DNA of 43,545 bases from Catajapyx aquilonaris (taxonomy: Eukaryota), in NCBI GenBank assembly GCA_000934665.2, contig JYFJ02003321.1:1-43545 (forward strand), in the 5' to 3' direction. Of this stretch, positions 1-10,431 are shown one piece after another. Under the pieces are notes generated by a model, which saw only the letters and a program-made list of their open reading frames with translations, ran no database searches and was not told the origin of the DNA. Both the position numbers and the translations under genes were made by a program. Positions within the stretch are counted from its first letter, which is position 1. Each line of letters begins with the position of its first letter.

Positions 1-680
1 TCTAATGAGGGATGTAAATACTGATATTAATGGATACAAGTTGTATATTGTACAATGTACAAATCCTAAAATATAGCAGCACCGAAGTTGAATATACCGT
101 AAGTTTATAATTATTGTGCACCAGATTATCATCATCAGGTAAAATCAAAAGCTTTCATTTTGCTGTAATCGACACACAGAGTGAGCACTACTGATGAATG
201 GTAGCGAAATAGTGGTGACCAATCAATGCATCAAATTAGATACCGCTACTGTCTTCAGGCTGTCCTTTGGGAGATCACAAATGGCTCCCCTCTCTACGTA
301 GATCTGAAAGATCAATGTCAAAATTGTGCTACTGACTGTAGGTGCACAATTCAAGGTGTAGATAATCTCAATGTACGTACTGTACTGTACAGTATAAATA
401 AAACTGACTTTTTAGTATATACTTTAGCTTTGAAAGCTACAGGGAGGTAATCAGCATGTAACCCCCTGTTATTCAGGTGGTGGTCAAAGAATCGATTCCA
501 TTTATCTTCACGCTTAGTGTAGTACAGTATGTATGTCTAGCGGGTGTGATGAATATCTTGCACTTACACTTAGTCACTTGGAAAAATGGCTTATTGGTTC
601 TGTGGCCAGAGTTGATCCTTCACAAACATCACAAGACTCACTATATGCTTTAATTGTTTCGTACTTCCTCCAAAATGGAT

Positions 681-2810
681 TCAGTTATTTTCCTTTTTCT
701 GGCACAATTTTGCCTTACATGAGCACGATTTGACAGTACACTTCTTCTGAAAGCGGCTGATACACTTACGGAAATAAGTGATGGGAATGGCGAGGGAGCC
801 AAGTTCCAACACTATAAAAATAACAGCTGAGATGATCCAACCTGCTATGAGTAGCCCCAAAGGACCATATAATTGTTCCTTGGTTAGTGGCCTCCCTTCC
901 TCCTCTTCACCTCCTCCATTGGCCATCTCATCTTCCCAATCTGTTCCTGCCACTTGCATCTGCTTCTTCCTCAAGTTCTCCCTGAAAGCTGTGAATACCT
1001 CGTTTGATTTGAAGGTGTTCGCCAATCCGCTTTCCACAACCTTTACTAGGAAGTTGTTGACTGTAGATGCACATGGGTTGTCTTTTGGGAATGAGGCACC
1101 CGTGTATATGCTCAATGCACCTTCAGTTTTGTCAAACACATGAATGTGTCCTTCACTATCAACCACCTTCATCTTGTCCAGCTCTAAAAAAAAATCTAAT
1201 CCCATACAGCTGAAATAATCCCTTTTCATAGCATGTGTGATGCACTCATGGCCATCGCTGGTCAAAGTCAGTTTCTTCAAAATTTCGTGATAGTACGTGT
1301 GCCCTTCAATCCTCTTGGTGAGGAAGGTGTAGACCATCCCAGACATGAAAGGGACACCAATGTCATACTTGGACTTCCACAACTCTTCAAAGGTGACTGG
1401 CAAGATCTCTCTCTCCGGAATGGTAATGAAGGCGAAAACCATTTCTTGGTACCCACAGGTGATGACAATGGCCACGAAGAACCAGAAGAGGATGAAGGTT
1501 CTGGATGCATCTCCAGGAGGAAACTCCTCTCTGGGCATCTGCTCGATTAAAGCGGAGGAACAATAGCGAATTGCAACTTGAAAGAGTCTTCCCTTGTGCC
1601 CATGGTTCACCTGGCCAAGGAGTTTGGCTTCGATGTGGAGGAATTTCCAGGTGACAGCAGTGGCGAATATAAGTGCACACACAATCACAATCCAGGCTTC
1701 GGCCTGGTAGGGCCAAAAGATGGTTTTCCATGACCACACTGGGTTAGGAAGTCTAGTGAGGAATACATACTTGGTATATAAGCAGGGGTACGTATACTTG
1801 AATTGTTTCTTGATCCCCGCCTGGTAAAACGATCCAATGAAATAGTTAGATTCGCCAGTCAACATTTCCTTGTATGGGGTCATCCACGTGCCATTGTCCA
1901 GCCTGCTCTTCTCCAGCATTTCAGGGGTGAAAGTGCCCTCATACAGACGCCAAGTGCAGTTCACTGCCTCGCAAAAGTGGTATATGAAAGCTTCAGACAG
2001 CTTTAACGACATGAGACCCTTTTCTGCTACCTTTTTGTTGGCTGCTTTCCAATCCAGATCCTCTAGATAAGCAGAAATTGTGAGGAAACCATGCATGTTC
2101 AGAGTGGAGTCCGGAAACATATATTTCACCTCCATTCCAGGGTAAGAACCCAGAGGCATGTTCATGGGATATCCATCTTGGCAGAAGAAACAGATGGTGC
2201 TGAGATGTAGGTGTCCATCAATCGGTTTAACCCCAAGTTTAAAGGTGAATGGATACAACACGCTGTCCTTGTCAGTCTGCAAGGCTCCTTCAGGATCTTC
2301 CCTTGTCCATACCACCAGGTGATCCTCATGCAAATCCACTATAATTGTCTGTGCCACAAACTGATGCATGCTGTTCAGATCCTCACTGGAGTTGGTGGTG
2401 AGCAGATGCAACCGGCATGGTCCGGCCCATTGTTCGGAGTGCAAGTCCCAGTAGTACTGGCGACGGAATTCAAAGTGATGGTGCTGCTCAATGGGTGGAA
2501 GGGTGAAGGTGCTAGGAAGGGCCAGACACAGCGATGGAAGGTACCTTTCACTGAAGTGAGCCAGAAGCGACTGGAAGGGCATCGGTACCTGCTCAAAGTC
2601 ATGGGCAAATACCAGGTTGCACTGGGGCAGTTTGTCGAAAGAGATGTCCTGAACCAATCGGGCCAGCAGATGCTCAGGTTGCTTCTGATCTGCATTGCCA
2701 ATCCGGATTGGTGTTGATGATGTCAAAATGTCTTCGGCACAAACGAACAACCACAGCCCAACAGCAGCGAGCATGGTGGCAGACTGACGCGTAGTACCAC
2801 CGCTTATCAT
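681..2810 (-). CDS. Divergent ionotropic receptor (variant iGluR chemosensory IR family), intronless CDS, about 697-709 aa
   Basis: 709-aa ORF with signal-peptide-like MLAAVGLWLFVCA; S1 lobe (NGTWMTPYKEMLTGESNYFIG...FKYTYP), M1 (PYQAEAWIVIVCALIF), pore (SALIEQ), M2 (RTFILFWFFVAIVITCGYQEMVFAFIT), S2 start (PVTFEELWKS) and last TM (QLYGPLGLLIAGWIISAVIFIVLEL). The second ATG at 2774 lies in a perfect GCCACCATG context and is the likelier start; a possible 5'UTR intron (GTGAGT at 2869 to CAG at 2784) would remove the 2810 ATG. Confidence 0.9.
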   Translation of the reverse strand: MISGGTTRQSATMLAAVGLWLFVCAEDILTSSTPIRIGNADQKQPEHLLARLVQDISFDKLPQCNLVFAHDFEQVPMPFQSLLAHFSERYLPSLCLALPSTFTLPPIEQHHHFEFRRQYYWDLHSEQWAGPCRLHLLTTNSSEDLNSMHQFVAQTIIVDLHEDHLVVWTREDPEGALQTDKDSVLYPFTFKLGVKPIDGHLHLSTICFFCQDGYPMNMPLGSYPGMEVKYMFPDSTLNMHGFLTISAYLEDLDWKAANKKVAEKGLMSLKLSEAFIYHFCEAVNCTWRLYEGTFTPEMLEKSRLDNGTWMTPYKEMLTGESNYFIGSFYQAGIKKQFKYTYPCLYTKYVFLTRLPNPVWSWKTIFWPYQAEAWIVIVCALIFATAVTWKFLHIEAKLLGQVNHGHKGRLFQVAIRYCSSALIEQMPREEFPPGDASRTFILFWFFVAIVITCGYQEMVFAFITIPEREILPVTFEELWKSKYDIGVPFMSGMVYTFLTKRIEGHTYYHEILKKLTLTSDGHECITHAMKRDYFSCMGLDFFLELDKMKVVDSEGHIHVFDKTEGALSIYTGASFPKDNPCASTVNNFLVKVVESGLANTFKSNEVFTAFRENLRKKQMQVAGTDWEDEMANGGGEEEEGRPLTKEQLYGPLGLLIAGWIISAVIFIVLELGSLAIPITYFRKCISRFQKKCTVKSCSCKAKLCQKKENN

Positions 2811-3882
2811 ACCATTTTAAGAACATAGGAACAACAGTGGGCACTTTGCACCACTTCTGGAGCACTCACCGGGGGGTGTTATCAGGAGTTCCAAACCCGT
2901 CATTATTACCTGTGGGGCCCTGTTATGCATTGTGTGCTCATGTATAAATGAGTAGAAAATTGCTCTACTCACCGAAACACTTCTGTATTCAGCGACCTTG
3001 AATGGCAGCTTGTATTATCAGATTGTTGTCGAAAATAAAGGAAAATCCATTAGGCCTGCCTTGAGGTGAATGATAGTGTACCAGGAATTTCAGCAGTCAG
3101 ACACGCACATTCAGAAACAATATACAGTATTAAATTACTAACAGAAAATGTTTCTATTTCCATTTCCGATGCGAAGGCGTCAAAATAAAATTTGAAACTT
3201 TTATAACTTCTGTAGCTATACTGTTTGCTCGAGCTCTGCATAACCGCAATAAGGTTCAGAAATACACACATCAATATTATTCTTATCGTTACGCAAACCT
3301 CGGCGTTACTCATCCACGCACACTATACCATACATAATGTATTTACTGCCTGAAGTCATTAAAAGGCCACTGATTGCCCAACTAGCACCCATGATTTTCA
3401 CAGGTTGATAGAGCCTTATCAATTCCATACCATCTGAACCTTTTGGCCAGGCAGAAACACTATTGGGCCACGTATCACACGTCCTGATTCGAACGTTCCG
3501 CCATTTTATAAGCAGCGATGTGGCCAACTGCGATGCTTTTTATTATCAAGCTGCTACTTCCAGCCGCTGTGCTTGATCCGGCCCTCCGACGGTGTCCGCC
3601 ATTAGTGGAAAACCTCGTGGTGTTTGTACGTGTGTTGAGAGAAGATTGTCGGCTGTAGTTCACCGTCCAGGTATTGTCAGGGTGGCGGATGTTGGACCAA
3701 CAGGCCTCAGCTGGAGGTTCGGGGAGAAGGAGAGAGCTGGGAGGGGCAGAAGGGTGGAAAAGTACCCGGTCGCTGTCACATGCCGGCCTGTGTTGCACAG
3801 TGGTCTCTAGACAATGCTTGTTGCAGGTTACCCGAACCACCGAAGACGCAACAACACACAACGACACCATAACCAGCGTGAA

Positions 3883-6800
3883 ATGAAAGTGACCAGGCGG
3901 ACATCTGCATTTGCAGCCTACAACAACAAGGATCCAGTGAGTTGACCACACTCTTATCAATGATATGCAGGAATGTCCGTGGTTGACATAAAATACCTTA
4001 CAAGTATTTTTCTCCACAGGAAGTGGTAGTGATTGAGGTTCACGAGCCAAAGAATAAGAGAAAGAGGACTAGGAAGAAGCCACAGCCAAAGAAAGCTGTG
4101 GAGGCCAACAACATTGTACCAGTTGCACCCACCAAGAGCCCTGGGAGAGTAGGCAAGAAGAAGGCGCAGAAAGGGAAGAAGAAACAGCTCAAGAAGGCAG
4201 CGGGTTTGATGGAAGGTAGTGTGTTTTGAAACCTCGGGTATGATTTGCAGGGAAATCCTTTTCACAGTCCATGTGGTGCCACGTGGATACACTGCTAAAA
4301 TATGGCATCGAGTCGAGATACTGGGGTGTTTGGAGAGGGGTATCTGGGATTCCCTTAGATATTTGGGACGTTCATGTTTGTGCAAGACTTAACTGGAGAT
4401 TTAAATAAAATGTGCACTTATACGGTGATTTTTGTGTTGGAAAAAGGCTAGAATTTTAAGGGCGGCAGCCCTTAAGTAAGACCGTAGCATAGCGTTTCAA
4501 CAATGAATTTTTCCGTCTTGTTGGTGTTGTTGTTCTTGTTACGTTTTTTTTATTCGCCATAACTCAAGTTCTGCTGTAGGTAGAGCTTCCAAATTTTGAA
4601 CACAGATCCCCACCATCGTGAATTGATTTCCTACCATTTACACTTTTACTTAATTCCTCTTCAAACCGCCGCAAAATATTAGAGCCCACCAAAAAATACG
4701 TTTTCATTTTTTTGCTCAATAACTATTCGGAATTTGGTTTCTTCGTCAAAGGGCCGAAGGTGCAGTGGGATGGTGCGGATCTATGTTCAAAACCTGACAT
4801 TTCCACCTGCTACGGGATCGAAGTTATGAATTTTTCCCCCCTTTTTTTCCCGTCATTTCCTCATTTGTTCATGATGACCTAGCAACGTCAGTTGTTGTTT
4901 ACCACCTCATGCATTGTTGTGGGTCAAATGTTATGCCTCTGTGCTGGGTTCAGTCCTGCTTGACATCTTGAGACAATGGGTCGGAGAAGGCGACAGAGGA
5001 AGGCTGCGAGGAGGGCTCAGGCTCAGATCAAAGGATGCATTGCCCATATGTGGAAAAGCGAGATTCTGGACATGAACCTTATTCAAGAGGCCCCCTTGCC
5101 ACAGGATGGTATGAAGCATGAGTCGTTCTTAAATCGGATCAAGAATGCACTGCGCAATGCGTCCAGCTTTCCCAAGAAATGGTTCTCACTGCTACAGGAT
5201 TGGAGCTGTGATTTTTTTTTTACCTGGTATTTTTTCTGTCGTGACTTCATTTGTTCATGACGCCATCACCTAGAAACGTCAATTCTTGTTTACCAACTAG
5301 CCATATTGTTATTAGCGAAATGTTACCCTGCCGCTGGTGTGAACGCATTGTACTTATTACAGATTTACAGTTGAATCCGGATATAACATGATTAACAGCC
5401 TCGGCTATAACAGACTTGGTTATAAAGGCCGTCCCGACATGCTTCCATAAGACCCGGTGTATTTTCACTCCTGATATAACATACTCATTTTCAAGTCACC
5501 TCGGGTATAACAGACCATTTCTTGGACCCTCGGTGGGGAAATATTGTTTTTCAGGCATAAAATTTGTAAAAAGGAGACGGCAGAAGAAAATTTCAGATAT
5601 TTTGGTCCTGCATAATTTTCGGGTGAGCTAATATTGCATTTTTGACTGATTTCATTAATTGGTATGTAGTCTAGTAGTGCATATTACATAGGTTCCTGCG
5701 CCGAGATATACGTGACTGAAATATTCCCAATCATTATCATAATCACTCTGCCTCCGTTTCACACAGCTTCCAGGCACGACTCTGAACTGTATTGTAGTCA
5801 CCACGGGGTTCTACAACCTGTAGCCTGTATTTTTTTCCATATTTTCGTCAATGTTGCAAAAACCGACAAATCCACTCTCTTTGCAGCAAAAATCAACATA
5901 TTCACAGCAACTATTCCTGAAACTACGACTTGACGATGTGGATCATTTTATTGTAAAAGGTCATCATATGCAGCATCCACATAATAATGTAGCAGATTGA
6001 TTTGGGCCTGTCTTGTAATATTAATTAGCTTCAGCGCCACAGCTTTTTCTCAATATTCTCGGAACCATTTATTTGGGATTTGTCGGGTTTTGGAAGAAGG
6101 CGCTTGCAGAATATCTACCGTGAGAAACGTGCCAGACTAATATTTGCTGAAATCGTTGCATTTTGCGAAAATTAAATAAGTTTGGGAGTGTTCAGATGTG
6201 ATAGAGGCAAGCAGCAGATAAGTATTGATTTAATTCTTGCAAAGTACCACGATTTCAGAAAATTTGTCTGGTACGGTTCTCAATGTAGATAATATTTTAA
6301 CGTAGAGGCTATTTCATAATTAAATCAGACTAACCATTGGCCTGTAGCACTCAGATGTCGTTTTTTTGGGGACTACCTCTGTGAAAATCATTTTAGGGAC
6401 TTCTACACGACGGAAATAGTCTCCAATACATTCGTAGTGCACACTGTAGTGTAGAGCATAAAGGGGTTAGTATGATATGATGCATAATTATATCACTATA
6501 GCTGCTGTTATTTGTAAAATATATTGTCCATATCTTCAGAGTACGTGTAAGCGAAAACCTAGGCGATGACGGTATAGCTGGTAGCCAAGGGTTTAAAAAA
6601 AATAACTGAAATTAGATCAAAAACTTTCCCTTCAGTGAAAAAAAGGGTAGTAAGACCTCCGCGGCGGAATGAAAGTACTGAAACAAGGCAGGCGCACGTA
6701 AGACCTTCACCAATTGATTTAAGCTGTACCATAGGTCTTACTCAAGCAATTCTCAAGTACTGTATGTGTGGGACGTCTTGTAAAAATTACTGCTGCAAAC

Positions 6801-9800
6801 TATAGCTACTCAGACCAGTAGGCAGACTTGGAAATTTTCGCTCCAGAAAATGCAGAATAAACACCCTTGAAAATTCACACAATTTATGTTTACATGTGAA
6901 AAATTCAACATTATAGTTAAAATCGGCATCTAAATGAGGTGACGATTCTGCATAAATATTTCATGGCAATAATTCGCACCAATCGTATAGAAATTCAATG
7001 TGCTTAATATTGATGTTCCTAATTTCAGAAAACACTTATTGGAGACACTTATATGGAGTGGCTCGTCGAAAATTAATGGGTGGAATTTTCATCGTAGTAC
7101 TAGAGACGACTAGTAACTATAGTCACTGCTAACTTAGCAGTACCATTGCACTGGCACTGGTACTGCTAAGTTAGAATAAGTAACTAGTAGTAGGACGAAA
7201 ATTCCACTAATTGGTTTCAGAAAGGAGATTTCATGAGTAGTAAATTGGAAATTGCTTGAGTAAGACCTATGGTACAGCTTAAATCAATTGGTGAAGGTCT
7301 TACATGCGCCTGCCTTGTTTCAGTACTTTCATTCTGCCGCGGAGGTCTTACTACCCTTTTTTTTTCACTGAAGGGAAAGTTTTTGATCTATACCCTTTAA
7401 CTTGTATTCATACAGTTGAAAGTAGTTGGAACAGAGGTGGAGGAATCTTTCTCTCATGTGGCACTGCATTCTTCCCTCCTGATCATGACTCTTCACATTC
7501 AGGTAGTGTGGTTTTGGCAGTGGTTTTGATAAATTTGTATTACCTGCAGGGTCCACTTGTACAGAGGCTGAAAGCACGTCTGCAACGTCATCTGGAACTA
7601 TCACAAATGGAAATGGTGAGGGTTGTAACAGTGGAGTGATTTACATGGACATGACCCAACTAGCCTGACCTTAGATCCAACCCAGCATTTTAATCAGGCA
7701 TTTTGATCCATGTAAATGACTCCAGTTCTATAATTTTAAGCGATTATGTTCCGGATCAACATTTTTATGCATATACATAGGGACTCCACTTGGCGCTGTG
7801 AGGGAGTTGATGAGTACAACTCTCTCAGACAACGACATCACCACAGCCATCACACCCATACGGGCCAAAGGTATTGACAGCGTGAAGGACGGCAAAAGGG
7901 CATTTGCTTGGATGATGTATCCCATGGACATTGACAAGTTCTTTAAGTGAGTATTTAATCTCATGTGACATGCAAATGTGTTACAGCCCATGTAAGCAAA
8001 CCAAAGTTGGGGTAGCTGATTATGATTGCTTGTTGGGGTGTGTCTAGGTGTAAAGCAATGGTTTAGGTCGAGAATTACGCCTAAAAACATAATCAGCTAC
8101 ACATTCGTTGGATGTTATCAATGGTGTTGTTATAATTATCCAGTAATGATGCCACAATTGTTTACTTATGAGCAGCACAGTGTGGGAAAAGAAGCCAATC
8201 TACATAGAGCGTAATCATGCAAACTACTTTGCAAGCCTATTGACATCAGAGCAGATTGACTCCATGCTGCGAGAAAATGAAATCCACTACACAAAGAACA
8301 TAGACATCACGTCCTACTCAGACGGAGAACGGCAGACTCACAATCCAGTGGGCCGAGCACTTCCTGCTGTGGTTTGGGATTACTACATCAATGGCTGTAG
8401 TGTTCGTATGCTGAATCCTCAGACGTTCCATGAACCCATCTGGGAACTAAATGCACATTTGCAAGAATTCATGGGTTGCTTTGTAGGAGCCAATGTGTAC
8501 CTGACTCCTCCTGGGAGCCAAGGATTTGCACCCCACTACGATGACATCGAGGCTTTTATCCTGCAGGTATGCAAGTTGTCAATGTTAACACATTGTGAAT
8601 GGTCTAGTGTCACAGTGCCCTTGGATGTGATAGGAAATGTTTCAGATGATGGATATGCTGTGGTTGACTTATGCTTAGTCTTACTTTGACTCAGGTGGAA
8701 GGTGAGAAGCACTGGAAACTGTATGCACCAATGTCAGCACAAGAGATGCTCCCTAGGACATCCAGCCAGAACTTTACACAGGATGAGATCGGAGATCCCA
8801 TGCTGCAGGTGAAACTAAAGGCGGGAGACATGCTGTACTTCCCCCGTGGTACCATTCACCAGGCCAGCACCCCAAGTCACACCCATTCTCTCCACATCAC
8901 CCTCTCCTGCTACCAGAAGAACTCATGGGCAGACCTTCTCGAAAAGGTGAGTTCAATGCACCTTGATTGGATTATGGCTCTCGCAAATGGTAACCTGAAA
9001 ATAAAGTGTTTGCTAATCCTGGTTGTTGTGATTTGCAGTTGGTTCCAGCTGCATTAAGCAATGCAATTGAGAATGATGTTGAGTTTAGGCAAGGGTTGCC
9101 TAGAAACTACCTTAACTACATGGGGATTGCTCATTCGGATATCCCAACTCCAGAGAGCCAGTTGTTCAAGGATACTGTGCAGAGACTGATGGGCAAGTTA
9201 TTCATGGACGCTCTTATTCATCCTGCTGTGGACCAGATGGGGAAGGATTTCATACATAACGCGCTGCCACCTGTCATCAACAACAGTAAGTGCATCGAGG
9301 TGCTACCACTTGACTTCAGCGCATTGTGATTGGAAAATCAGCAGACTCCCAAATTCACTGGAGCTGTGCAGCATTGAATGGGTGGCTGCTACTTTAGCAA
9401 TGTGAATTAACTATTTCTCGTGCAGTTAACGTGCCTGTCATGTGAATTCAATTACAGTAGCTTGCACTATTCAAGTTCTGTCACTCTCTGGTCTAAATAT
9501 CATTGACCTGTGCAACATCTAATCCTAATTTTGTTGGATCTGCTTGCAGGGGACAAGGAGAGGAGTGTGTTTGGAGGTGGATTCAAGATGGTGAATGGAA
9601 AAGTGACCAACGTGCTCCAGATTACGTCGCAGACGCGAGTGAAGCTTGTACGGAAGCATGCATTGAGACTGTTGCTGGAAGATGATGTAGTGAGGGTGTA
9701 TTATTCAGTAGACAACTCAAGGGAGTACCAAGCGGTACAGCAGCAGTACCTTGAGATCGAGGCCTCTCAAGCACAAATAGTTGAGCACCTGATCCAGAAT

Positions 9801-10418
9801 TACCCAGCCTTCTCCAAAGTGGAGAACTTACCATCAGCTGACAATGGTGCCAAGGTAACTATGCATTTTGAAAGCTATTGGTTGGCATATTCAGGGATTG
9901 TAATATTTACTGTACTGCCATTTTCATGAGGTCCAAGTGACAATGCTTTAGCTATCAACTCACAAATGAAAGAATTTTCCCAATGTCTAACATTGCTGAA
10001 ATGTGAATACATCTTAGGGCAGCCTTATGGTTCTAGTGGGCATGACATATTGTGGTAGTGACAGTCTCAGACATTTTTATACAAGATGGTGCACACTACA
10101 CACAGTTCAATAAGTGATACATGAGGAACTTCTTCACCTATCCTGCTGTTGAACTTGTGAAGTGGTCATCTCCGAGTAGGAGACCTAATGCATGACTGGA
10201 AAAAAGTAGTCCATCTCTCTTTGCAATTGCAGGATAGGTAGATAATTCGAAACAGGATTCATGAAATAATAATGTCACCCAAAATATAGAAAAAGTGTAC
10301 TTGACTGACTTTTCTCTTTTTTTCCCCCCAGGTTCAGCTGATTGGAGACTTGTGGGAAAAGGGTCTGCTCATTACAAAGGAGAAGCTGGGACTTGCTCCT
10401 GAGGTGGAGGCTTCCTGA
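3883..10418 (+). CDS. RIOX1: Ribosomal oxygenase 1 / NO66 (JmjC histidyl-hydroxylase / lysine demethylase), about 587 aa, 9 coding exons
   Basis: Exons 3883-3936, 4020-4215, 7550-7615, 7781-7946, 8176-8566, 8695-8946, 9039-9285, 9550-9854, 10332-10418; all GT-AG and phase-compatible (1764 nt). Motifs: GCSVRMLNPQTF, GANVYLTPPGSQGFAPHYDDIEAFILQ|VEGEKHW (HxD plus K), GDMLYFPRGTIHQA (distal His), SLHITLS, C-terminal DLWEKGLL. Lys-rich N-terminus. The first three exons are less certain than the JmjC exons. Confidence 0.93.
4807..5310. repeat. Two diverged direct copies of an ~110-120 bp element (4807-4918 and 5189-5310), probably transposon remnants
   Basis: ctgctacgggatcgaagttatgaattttt...tcatttgttcatga..acctagcaacgtca..ttgtttacca versus ctgctacaggattggagctgtgatttttt...tcatttgttcatga..acctagaaacgtca..ttgtttacca. 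Confidence 0.6.
6615..7388. mobile_element. Non-autonomous DNA transposon (MITE) with ~138-bp TIRs and TA target duplication (Tc1/mariner-type), in an NO66 intron
   Basis: 6615-6751 (gatcaaaaactttcccttcagtg...ctcaagcaatt) is the near-perfect reverse complement of 7250-7388; TA on both flanks; no transposase ORF. Confidence 0.85.
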
Positions 10419-10431
10419 TAAGGGGCGTCAC

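Noticed and set aside
778..2717. Several 60-170 aa ORFs antisense to or shifted within the IR gene
   Set aside because: Shadow ORFs of a long CDS, with no recognisable motifs.
5109..5260. Second half of the 94-aa ORF 4976-5260 as part of a stand-alone nested gene
   Set aside because: Its 3' part, including the stop codon, lies in a diverged repeat copy; only the portion up to the donor-like site at 5108 is kept as a candidate exon.
5367..5535. Spaced tataac repeats superficially like a short array
   Set aside because: Irregular spacing and a tacagttgaa start suggest a truncated pogo/Tigger-like MITE end, not a CRISPR-type array; too weak to list as a feature.
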